Part shown: positions 40,211 to 48,014 of the stretch, in pieces
Numbering within the stretch: the first letter of the stretch is position 1
Layout: every line of letters starts with the position of its first letter
NCBI GenBank assembly: GCA_035486275.1
Contig: DATHNG010000165.1
Location: 8,686 to 72,685 of the forward strand
Direction of reading: 5' to 3'
DNA from: Bacteroidia bacterium
GTDB lineage: Bacteria > Bacteroidota > Bacteroidia > JABEUT01
DNA length: 64,000 nt
Position numbers and translations under genes: made by a program
The notes under the pieces: generated by a model
Told to the model about the DNA's origin: nothing
The model's input: the letters and a program-made list of their open reading frames with translations, nothing else
Database searches by the model: none

Positions 40211-40528
40211 TTCTTTTTTCTGCATTTGTTACCCGTCTTTATATTGTTAATCAGTATGTTTAGGGGTAACACTGTAACCCGTCTTTTGTTGTTATTACTA
40301 TTTCCCAAAACCACAATACAATGCCAAAAGTATTTCTCAGGAATTAATTATTTACAATACAAATTTCAGCAATTTGTGCCTACTATAAAATAAAATGTTT
40401 ACTATTTATCAACAGGCCATATTCCTACTCAATCTTAACCTAAAATCTCAATATGGGTTCATTGATAAATACAATGAAATACAATTAGACATTTTAAGTT
40501 AATTTAGTTTGTAATTAATTGATTATAA

Positions 40529-40549
40529 TATATTTGTATGTTATTTTTG
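40529..40549 (+). promoter_or_regulatory. Two tandem -7 boxes (TATATTTG, TATTTTTG) inside the AT-rich islet leader
   Basis: Perfect motifs at 40529-40536 and 40542-40549, about 260 nt upstream of islet gene A. AT-rich DNA raises the chance expectation. Confidence 0.3.
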
Positions 40550-40810
40550 TTGCGTGTCAAAAAAAGGCTAATAACTGGCAAGTTTTAGAAAAAGAATGAC
40601 AATATTGTGGCTTTAAACAACTGAGGAAACGTCAAAACGCATTTAAGTACTTATTTATGTATCTTATTGCACGTTCTTGTATTTAAATGAAAAATATTTC
40701 TTATGTTGTGTATGTAAACTCATCAATTGATAATTTAAAAGTACTATTTAGAAAAACTCACTATGCATCAAATTTTATTGTGCCGTTGTTGTAGAGACAA
40801 CAATGATTGG

Positions 40811-41317
40811 ATGAAATATTTAATTCCACTTATTGGTTTCATTTTGGCTGGGGTATTTGCATTATTGAAAATCAAATCAAATACTGTTTCTGCTTCTAGA
40901 ATTAAATGGATTCTTGAGATTACCGAAGCGTTGAGCGAGTATTTGGTTTCCATAAGTAAAGGATTATTAGATTATCAGAATTATAAGATAGATTATCAGA
41001 AAGATGAGTTGGATTTTAGGACGAAAAGAGAAAGTTATCGTAGATTCACTTTGTCAATAAATAAATCTATAAGATTGGGATACAAAATACAGTTGTATCT
41101 CAATTCAAAAAATAAGTTGCAAAATAATCTTGAAATGGCAATAATGGAAATTAATCATATAATACAAGAGATTTTTGACAATGATTTATCACATATTGAG
41201 AAAATTGATGAATACAGAACAATGATTGATAATAAACTGTACACTATTGTGTCTATTTCAAAAGAGGTTATTGAAGAAGAAAGAATAAAATCGAAAAGAC
41301 TAATAGATCTTGATTGA
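40811..41317 (+). CDS. Hypothetical single-pass membrane protein with helical cytosolic domain (AT-rich islet gene A)
   Basis: ATG 40811 gives 'MKYLIPLIGFILAGVFALLKIK', followed by Lys/Glu/Ile-rich helical sequence. No family recognised. The alternative start at 40763 adds 'MHQILLCRCCRDNNDW'. Confidence 0.5.
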   Translation: MKYLIPLIGFILAGVFALLKIKSNTVSASRIKWILEITEALSEYLVSISKGLLDYQNYKIDYQKDELDFRTKRESYRRFTLSINKSIRLGYKIQLYLNSKNKLQNNLEMAIMEINHIIQEIFDNDLSHIEKIDEYRTMIDNKLYTIVSISKEVIEEERIKSKRLIDLD

Positions 41318-41367
41318 AGGTTGTATCAAGCTATTGCTAATATAGATTACATATAACTGACTGGAGC

Positions 41368-41952
41368 ATGAAAATTAATTTGAATATTAGAAAAATAGCT
41401 AGGTGGCTTGCAACTTTTTTTATTGCTTGGCTTGGGAAAAAAATACTTGATGCTACAGGAATATTTGAGAATGTTACCGTATTTCTTTCAAAAATGTATA
41501 CGAAGAATGAAGTGATAGGATATTTAAACAAAGAATATCCTATTTGGAAAATTCTTTTTGGGGCTACCCTTCTTTTGATTGGTTACTGGTTGACAAGTTT
41601 AATTTTTCGGCTACTCTTTGGCAAACAAAATAAATATAATAAGAAGAGAGAGCAATTAAAAAAATGGAATAAACAGGAAATGGGTGGTATTTTATGGAAG
41701 TGGGATGTAGAATTTGATGATTCAGGCAGGCCTTTTATTTCTAATTTGCAGCCCTATTGCATTAGCCACGGAGAGCCTCCGCTGAAAATGTCTCTTGGAG
41801 GGTTTTTGGGCGCCGCTGGTGATTATGTTTGTCCTATACCGGGATGTCGAAGCGGTGTATCACTAAATTCTTATCAGCTAAACAGTATTCAAAAAGCAAG
41901 ACAATATATAGAATCACACTTAGAAAGTACTTGGGAGAAAATAAACAAATAA
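41368..41952 (+). CDS. Hypothetical membrane protein with C-terminal Cys/His domain (AT-rich islet gene B)
   Basis: A strong TM helix at residues ~59-84, a basic linker, then 'ILWKWDVEFDDSGRPFISNLQPYCISHGEPP...YVCPIPGC'. No family recognised. Confidence 0.5.
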   Translation: MKINLNIRKIARWLATFFIAWLGKKILDATGIFENVTVFLSKMYTKNEVIGYLNKEYPIWKILFGATLLLIGYWLTSLIFRLLFGKQNKYNKKREQLKKWNKQEMGGILWKWDVEFDDSGRPFISNLQPYCISHGEPPLKMSLGGFLGAAGDYVCPIPGCRSGVSLNSYQLNSIQKARQYIESHLESTWEKINK

Positions 41953-41994
41953 AATAATTGTTTTTAAGTATTACTTATATTGTCTATGTAGTTT

Positions 41995-43236
41995 TTACCT
42001 CACCTCTCCATCCACAATCACCGTCCCAATCAAATTACTACCAAAAGAGTAAGGTATAAAGCTGTAACTTGGTATGGCTTGGGTGATAAACAGGTTCGCT
42101 TTCTTTCCAATGGTAATTGTCCCATGTGTTTTATCCAGGCCCATTGCATAAGCAGAGTTGACAGTAGCTGCATTTATAGCTTCCTCGGGTAGCATTTTCA
42201 TTTTCACACAAGCCAGGGAAAGTATAAAGGCCATTCTGCCTGAAGGAGATGAGCCAGGGTTATAATCTGTCGCTAATGCAATTGGTAAACCGGCATCTAT
42301 CATTTTACGTGCAGGCGGGTAATGTAAGCCTAAGAAGAAGGCTGTGCTTGGCAATAGGGTAGGCATGGTTTTTGATTTCAGCAGGCAATCTATTTCGGCA
42401 TCTCCGGTAAATTCAAGGTGGTCCACTGATAGGGCATTGTTCTTTACTCCCACTTGTATTCCCCCTGAATAATCTAATTCATTGGCATGTATCTTTGGCT
42501 GTAAGCCATATTTCAAGCCTGCCTGCAAAATAGCATCGGTTTCTTCAATGGTGTAAAAACCACGGTCGCAGAACACGTCGCAATAATCAGCCAGTTTTTC
42601 TTTCGCAATGACAGGTAACATTTCTTTAATAATAAGGTCAATATATTCCTGCCTGTTTTGCTTGTATTTAGTAGGCATGGCATGTGCGCCCAAAAAATTA
42701 GCCTTGATGGTTAAAGGAGAATGTTCTTTCAGTTTTTTAATAACCCGCAACATCTTTAACTCCCCATCAACCGATAATCCGTAGCCGCTTTTTATCTCCA
42801 CCCCACCTGTGCCATACTTTGTAATTTCGTTCAGGCGGTGCATAGCGCTATCAAAAAGTTCATCCTCCGATGTTTTGTTCAGTCGCTCTGCAGAGTTCAA
42901 TATACCACCACCATTGCGGGCAATTTCTTCGTAGCTCAATCCTTTAATGCGGTCAACAAACTCACCTTCACGGCTGCCTGCATATACAATATGCGTATGC
43001 GAATCGCACCACGATGGAAAAACAAATTTACCCTTAGCATCTATAACTTTATCGAAACCTGCTTTAGCCGGGATGCCATCTTTCATTTCACCCATGCCTG
43101 AGATCAGACCATTTTCAGTACTTAGCCATGCGTTATGAATACAGGGTAGGGCGCTCATTTCCTTGCCCGATACTTTTTCCTGTGGCCTTGGATTTGCTCC
43201 AACTATTGTCTTTATATTTTCAATAAGTATTTTCAT
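41995..43236 (-). CDS. hutI: Imidazolonepropionase
   Basis: 'WCDSHTHIVYAGSR', 'LGAHAMP', 'KIHANELD', 'SVDHLE', 'ALATDYNPGSSP'. Confidence 0.92.
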   Translation of the reverse strand: MKILIENIKTIVGANPRPQEKVSGKEMSALPCIHNAWLSTENGLISGMGEMKDGIPAKAGFDKVIDAKGKFVFPSWCDSHTHIVYAGSREGEFVDRIKGLSYEEIARNGGGILNSAERLNKTSEDELFDSAMHRLNEITKYGTGGVEIKSGYGLSVDGELKMLRVIKKLKEHSPLTIKANFLGAHAMPTKYKQNRQEYIDLIIKEMLPVIAKEKLADYCDVFCDRGFYTIEETDAILQAGLKYGLQPKIHANELDYSGGIQVGVKNNALSVDHLEFTGDAEIDCLLKSKTMPTLLPSTAFFLGLHYPPARKMIDAGLPIALATDYNPGSSPSGRMAFILSLACVKMKMLPEEAINAATVNSAYAMGLDKTHGTITIGKKANLFITQAIPSYSFIPYSFGSNLIGTVIVDGEVR

Positions 43237-43241
43237 ATCAA

Positions 43242-43249
43242 CAAATTTA
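43242..43249 (-). promoter_or_regulatory. -7 box TAAATTTG immediately upstream of hutI
   Basis: Perfect motif on the minus strand, 5 nt from the ATG at 43236. Confidence 0.35.
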
Positions 43250-43377
43250 AGATAAAAGCTATAATGGAACGCGGATGACGCGGATCTGGCGGATTAAATG
43301 AGACTATCCCTTGTCGATGTATAATAAAACATGATTTAACAGGCTCAGTATAACTTTAAGGAGATGCCACTGGCAAA

Positions 43378-43509
43378 GATTCCTCACTCCGTTCGGAATG
43401 ACAGGCAGGCTTTTTTACCTGGTGGGAAGTATGGCGACAGGCGAAGCCTGTCGCCATACTTCCCATGAAAATTAAATAATAATTGTCATTCCGAACGGAG
43501 TGAGGAATC
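43378..43509. repeat. Perfect 26-bp inverted repeat (IR2) gattcctcactccgttcggaatgaca / tgtcattccgaacggagtgaggaatc
   Basis: Arms at 43378-43403 and 43484-43509. IR3 sits in the middle. Confidence 0.85.
43424..43464. repeat. Perfect 19-bp stem, 3-nt loop hairpin (IR3) gggaagtatggcgacaggc-gaa-gcctgtcgccatacttccc
   Basis: Read directly; nested within IR2. Confidence 0.85.
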
Positions 43510-43515
43510 TCAATC

Positions 43516-43591
43516 TCTGCCCCAAACCCCTAAAGGGGCTTAAGAAAATACACTATATTGTATTGAAGCCCCTTTAGGGGTTTGGGGCAGA
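43516..43591. repeat. Perfect 26-bp inverted repeat (IR4) tctgccccaaacccctaaaggggctt / aagcccctttaggggtttggggcaga with 24-nt spacer
   Basis: Arms at 43516-43541 and 43566-43591. Each arm contains its own cccc-taaa-gggg mini-hairpin. Confidence 0.85.
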
Positions 43592-43678
43592 ATCCATCAC
43601 CTGTATTGATCCGTCGAATCAGCGTCACCTGCGTTCTATAAGCTAAAATTCGCTAAAATTGCATGAGAGAAAAAGAAA

Positions 43679-46171
43679 ATGGAGGAACGTGCTACATGGT
43701 TTGCGGATGTTATACTACCCCTGGCGGTACCTAACCTGTATACATACAGGATTCCCTATGATTCGAATGACCTTGTAAAACCCGGGCAGCGAGTGGTTGT
43801 GCAGTTTGGTAAGAATAAGCTGTATATGGCTTTGATAAAGCACCTGCATCAAACTCCGCCTAAAGATTACCAGGCCAAGTATATACAGGACGTGCTGGAC
43901 GCAGTACCTATTGTAAATGAAATGCAACTGAATTTCTGGGACTGGATTGCTGCGTACTACGTATGCACTCCCGGAGAAGTTATGAATGCTGCCTTACCGG
44001 GTGGTTTGCGTTTTAGCAGTGAAACGAAGATTATCCGTAATGAAGAGTTTGCCCTTGATGAGGTGGAACAGGATTTCTTTACGGATAAGGAATGGAAACT
44101 GGTAATAGCATTGGATGTAAAAAAAGAAATGACCATTGATGAAGCGGCAGAAGCATTAGGCATAAAGACCGTTCATCCTATCATTCAGACATTGCTGGCA
44201 AAAGGTTTTGCGCAGGTAAAGGAAGAAATAAAAGATAGTTACAAGCCCCGCACAGAATCGTTCGTTAGAATACCGGCCTCGGTATCGGAAGCTGATCTGC
44301 AACAGGCCATGAATGACCTGGAGAAGAAAGCATTTAAGCAATTACAATTGCTTATGGGGTATATGTCATTATCAAACTGGCATACGGGCAATGATATTGA
44401 TGTGAAGAAAAGCAAGTTATTAGCTCATACGGGATGCACCGCACAAACATTAGACCAGTTAGTGAAGAAGGGAATAATGGAAGTGTATGTGAAGGAAGTT
44501 TCGCGTTTACCAAGTTCAAATAAAGCATTGGAGTCTGCAAACGACCTGGCCGATTTTCAGCAGGTGGCCTATGATGCTATACAAGAACAGCTGAAGGAAA
44601 AAGAAGTGATTCTGTTGCATGGTGTAACATCGAGCGGAAAGACGGAGATATATATGAAACTGATGGAGCAGGTTATTGCAAAAGGTAAACAGGTATTGTA
44701 TCTCTTGCCCGAAATTGCACTTACAGCCCAGTTAGTTCAGCGCTTAAAAAAACGCTGGGGCGATAATGTCGGGGTGTATCATTCAAAGTATAGCGACAAC
44801 GAAAGGGTAGAGGTGTGGAATACATTGGCTAACCCTAAGGACAAAACCTATTCTATAATTGTAGGAACACGTTCTTCATTGTACCTGCCTTTCTCTAACC
44901 TTGGGCTTTTAATAATTGACGAAGAGCATGACAGTTCATATAAACAACAAGACCCTGCTCCGCGTTACCATGCGCGCGATTCTGCTATTTACCTTGCTCA
45001 TGTGCATAAGGCAAAGGTTATATTGGGTTCGGCTACGCCATCAATAGAAAGCTATTACAATGCTTTACAAGGCAAATACGGATTAGTTGAATTAGCCACA
45101 CGCTATGGAGGTATAGAAATGCCGGAAATAGATGTACGTGATGTGAGTGAAGAGAAGCGAAAGAAATTAATGAAGTCATTGTTCTCGCCTTTTCTGCTGA
45201 CTAATATTGAAGAAGCGCTGAATAAAAAAGAACAGGTAATATTATTTCAGAACCGAAGGGGCTTCGCACCATTTATTGAATGCAATGTGTGCGCACATGT
45301 GCCGCAGTGCATTAATTGCGATGTTAGTTTGACCTATCATAAAAAAGCTGATCTGCTGCGTTGTCATTATTGCGGTTATTCAACAAGTTTGCCAAAAATA
45401 TGCCCTGCATGCGGTAGCCCGGGTATGCATGTAAAGGGTTTTGGGACGGAGAAAGTAGAAGAAGAGCTGGCCGTATTTTTTCCACAGGCGCGCATTGCCC
45501 GCATGGACCTGGATTCAACCCGTGCAAAGAATTCGCACTCAAAAATAATAAGCCAGTTTGAAGATAGGGAAGTGGATGTGTTAGTGGGTACACAAATGGT
45601 AACCAAGGGACTCGATTTTGATAATGTAAGTGTGGTGGGTGTGCTCAATGCTGATTCAGGTTTGCATTTCCCTGATTTCCGTTCACCTGAAAAAAGCTAC
45701 CAGTTAATGGCGCAGGTAAGTGGCCGTGCTGGTAGGAAGAATAAGCGTGGTAAGGTTATTATACAAACCAATAGCCCTGATCATCCTATCATTCACCAGG
45801 TGGTGAAGAACGACTACATTGGCATGTATAAGGAACAGATAGAAGAGCGGAAAAAGTTTTCATATCCACCATTTACACGTTTAATTGAAATAACACTCAG
45901 CCAGAAAAACCAGGATGACCTTGATGCTGTATCGCCTGACCTGGCAATAGAGCTAAAAAAGCGGTTTGGTGAAGAACGTGTGCTGGGGCCTGAATACCCT
46001 ATAGTATCGAAAGTGAATAATTATTTTTTGAAAACTATTTTACTGAAAGTAGAAAAGGAAAAATATTCGCAGAAAGTAAAAGCCCTGGTGATGGAAGCGC
46101 TAAATGAATTTTACCATAAGGGCAAAGAATATAGCCGCACCCGCATTAAAATTGATGTGGATCCGCAGTAA
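43679..46171 (+). CDS. priA: Primosomal replication-restart helicase PriA
   Basis: Walker A 'GVTSSGKT', 'IIDEEHD', and a Cys-rich insertion 'CNVCAHVPQCINCDVSLTYHK...CHYCG...CPACGS'. Confidence 0.95.
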   Translation: MEERATWFADVILPLAVPNLYTYRIPYDSNDLVKPGQRVVVQFGKNKLYMALIKHLHQTPPKDYQAKYIQDVLDAVPIVNEMQLNFWDWIAAYYVCTPGEVMNAALPGGLRFSSETKIIRNEEFALDEVEQDFFTDKEWKLVIALDVKKEMTIDEAAEALGIKTVHPIIQTLLAKGFAQVKEEIKDSYKPRTESFVRIPASVSEADLQQAMNDLEKKAFKQLQLLMGYMSLSNWHTGNDIDVKKSKLLAHTGCTAQTLDQLVKKGIMEVYVKEVSRLPSSNKALESANDLADFQQVAYDAIQEQLKEKEVILLHGVTSSGKTEIYMKLMEQVIAKGKQVLYLLPEIALTAQLVQRLKKRWGDNVGVYHSKYSDNERVEVWNTLANPKDKTYSIIVGTRSSLYLPFSNLGLLIIDEEHDSSYKQQDPAPRYHARDSAIYLAHVHKAKVILGSATPSIESYYNALQGKYGLVELATRYGGIEMPEIDVRDVSEEKRKKLMKSLFSPFLLTNIEEALNKKEQVILFQNRRGFAPFIECNVCAHVPQCINCDVSLTYHKKADLLRCHYCGYSTSLPKICPACGSPGMHVKGFGTEKVEEELAVFFPQARIARMDLDSTRAKNSHSKIISQFEDREVDVLVGTQMVTKGLDFDNVSVVGVLNADSGLHFPDFRSPEKSYQLMAQVSGRAGRKNKRGKVIIQTNSPDHPIIHQVVKNDYIGMYKEQIEERKKFSYPPFTRLIEITLSQKNQDDLDAVSPDLAIELKKRFGEERVLGPEYPIVSKVNNYFLKTILLKVEKEKYSQKVKALVMEALNEFYHKGKEYSRTRIKIDVDPQ

Positions 46172-47470
46172 TTATTTCTTCTTCAACCCATCCACATAAT
46201 CACTTATAGCCTTGTAGTAAGCATCAGCTACTAATTGAATACGGAGTGGTACGGTCATGCCTTCAATATTTTCGCCATGTCCGGTAAGCAACATACATTC
46301 TTTGCTGTTATCCTGATAAAGTGGTTCACCATAAACCAATGTGCCTTTTATTAATCGGGCTAAAGCAAGGTCGCGCGAATAAACTCCAACAGCAGGTGTC
46401 GAAAGGCAATGTTCACTTAAGTATGTGGCATCTGTCTTTTTAGCAAGCGGTACTTTTAAGTCAGCAGATAGATGATTTACAACAAGTGAAGATAACTTTA
46501 CTGAATTCTCAATGTCATCACTTATCAGTAAACGCAACAGGTTTAGCCTGCCCGCTAATGTTTGCAGATCCTTAGTTGTAACACATCCGCTTACAAATGC
46601 CATTACAAAATCTTTATCGGTGGTTTTTGTCCAGCCGGTATTTTTTTCATTTACGTTATAGTGAATAATAACAGTCATATCAGGCTTGAATGCATTTACC
46701 TTTTTTGCCCTTTCTGATAGATCCATAGGCCCAAACACATTACTGAAAAGCGATTTGTCAGGTAAATGTCCGCGTATCTCCATTGCTTCTTTCTCCGTCA
46801 TTAAGCCTTCTTTCACCAGGCTATCAACATAAGCTCTGTTCTTGATCTTTCGTTTCCAATCGTAAAAACTAATGCCGAGTGATGATATGCCGGTATCGGG
46901 CCTGGTAAGCATAGTTATAGCGCCTTCTTTATCGAGTTTCTTTTTTAATAAAGATGCAGTTAAAAAGGTAAAATTTCCTTCTTCTAATTGTATACATACG
47001 GTTGAATCTATGCCCAATTTCATACAACGGCTTTCGGTTTCACCCATTTCAAATGTGCCGCCAATATGGCCGGGGTCAATGGCTATACGCATTCCATTGA
47101 ATTGGTTTGTGGCAATATGGCGTAGTGAATCTTTTTGTACATAATAGAACAGGCTATCCTTTTTATCAAATAGAATTTTTTCCAGTTCTTTTTCTGATAT
47201 ACTGCTGATAATATTCTTTAGCGAATCAACTTCTCTCCAGCTGAGTTTTATTTCCGCTTTTTTACCTTGCTCTTTTGCGCTTCCATTTTCGTATATAGAA
47301 ATGCCGTTTTCATTTATGCTTACAAAATTCTTTACCTCGTGATCCTTTGAAAAATAGGCTTCAAATTTGGTTTGGTAATAGCTCTCCTGAGACTGTGCCT
47401 GCAATAATAAGGGAAAGAAAAAAAGACTTATTTTGCTTAGAATTACGGTTGTACGTGAAATGAATGACAT
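46172..47470 (-). CDS. N-acetylmuramoyl-L-alanine amidase-like protein (Amidase_3-type), secreted
   Basis: Signal peptide, 'RIAIDPGHIGG', 'DMTVIIHYNV'. Confidence 0.6.
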   Translation of the reverse strand: MSFISRTTVILSKISLFFFPLLLQAQSQESYYQTKFEAYFSKDHEVKNFVSINENGISIYENGSAKEQGKKAEIKLSWREVDSLKNIISSISEKELEKILFDKKDSLFYYVQKDSLRHIATNQFNGMRIAIDPGHIGGTFEMGETESRCMKLGIDSTVCIQLEEGNFTFLTASLLKKKLDKEGAITMLTRPDTGISSLGISFYDWKRKIKNRAYVDSLVKEGLMTEKEAMEIRGHLPDKSLFSNVFGPMDLSERAKKVNAFKPDMTVIIHYNVNEKNTGWTKTTDKDFVMAFVSGCVTTKDLQTLAGRLNLLRLLISDDIENSVKLSSLVVNHLSADLKVPLAKKTDATYLSEHCLSTPAVGVYSRDLALARLIKGTLVYGEPLYQDNSKECMLLTGHGENIEGMTVPLRIQLVADAYYKAISDYVDGLKKK

Positions 47471-47867
47471 CAGAAATATAGATTTTTCACCGGAGTGGAA
47501 ATTTACTGCCAGCTGCAGCGGAGGTAAAGGCGGCCAGAACGTAAATAAGGTTTCTACTAAGGTTGAATTGCATTTCGATTATTTGAATTCGGCATTGTTG
47601 ACTGAAGAACAAAAACAACTTGTTGGTACAAAGTTAGCTTCATTCATCAATAAAGAAGGAATTTTAAAAATAATAGCCCAGGAAGATCGCAGCCAGTTGA
47701 TGAACAAAAAGGCAGCGATGGACAGGTTCTATATTTTGCTCGAAGGGGCTTTTAAAAGGAAGAAGAAACGAATTGCATCTCGCCCAAGCCGTGCAAGTAA
47801 GGAAAAGAGGCTAAAAGCCAAGAAGTTTAATTCCGAAAAGAAACGATTACGCAGAAACGGTGCCTGA
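47460..47867 (+). CDS. arfB: Ribosome-rescue peptidyl-tRNA hydrolase ArfB
   Basis: GGQ motif 'SGGKGGQNVNKVSTKVEL' and a basic C-terminal tail 'KKKRIASRPSRASKEKRLKAKKF'. ATG 47460. Confidence 0.88.
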   Translation: MNDIRNIDFSPEWKFTASCSGGKGGQNVNKVSTKVELHFDYLNSALLTEEQKQLVGTKLASFINKEGILKIIAQEDRSQLMNKKAAMDRFYILLEGAFKRKKKRIASRPSRASKEKRLKAKKFNSEKKRLRRNGA

Positions 47868-47868
47868 T

Positions 47869-47890
47869 AGCCTGTTTTCAGGCTTATTTT
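47869..47890 (+). terminator. Terminator after arfB
   Basis: agcctg-tttt-caggct followed by tatttt. Confidence 0.5.
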
Positions 47891-47998
47891 GCCCTTTTTG
47901 GTAATATGTTCAGCTAAATATCAATGAAGCTGATTTTTAGCGATATATCCCTGTTTTTATATTTATAAAGTTTTTATCCTGCGAGATATATATTTTTC

Positions 47999-48006
47999 TA
48001 CATTTG
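47999..48006 (+). promoter_or_regulatory. -7 box TACATTTG upstream of the FG-GAP gene
   Basis: Perfect motif, 8 nt before ATG 48015. Confidence 0.4.
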
Positions 48007-48014
48007 TGTATAAG

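Larger units (their letters stand above)
43267..43636. repeat. Outer imperfect inverted repeat (IR1) enclosing the hutI-priA palindrome nest
   Basis: Arms gaacgcggatgacgcggatctggcggat (43267-43294) and atccgtcgaatcagcgtcacctgcgttc (43609-43636). 22 of 28 positions are complementary by hand alignment. Confidence 0.6.

Noticed and set aside
40190-40393. 67-aa Leu/Phe-rich ORF at the left edge of the AT-rich islet
   Set aside because: It starts at TTG inside the prx terminator hairpin. The translation is simply T-rich DNA read as Leu/Phe, with no start context.
40687-40794. 35-codon ORF (MKNISYVVYVNSSIDNLKVLFRKTHYASNFIVPLL) in the islet leader
   Set aside because: It is too short and compositionally indistinguishable from surrounding AT-rich non-coding DNA. 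It is kept only as a possibility for Ribo-seq.
40239-41983. Shared 9-mer ttatattgt near both islet edges (40239-40247 and 41975-41983) as a possible target-site duplication
   Set aside because: A 9-mer of A/T-rich sequence is expected by chance in DNA that measured 22-30% G+C in the three 60-nt lines I counted. The flanks align only with gaps. It is not strong enough to call element boundaries.
43237-43678. The hutI-priA spacer as a known structured RNA gene (riboswitch, tmRNA, RNase P, 6S)
   Set aside because: I recognise no conserved core motifs of those RNAs. The structure is fully explained by stacked palindromic repeat modules. A covariance-model scan would be needed to exclude this formally.
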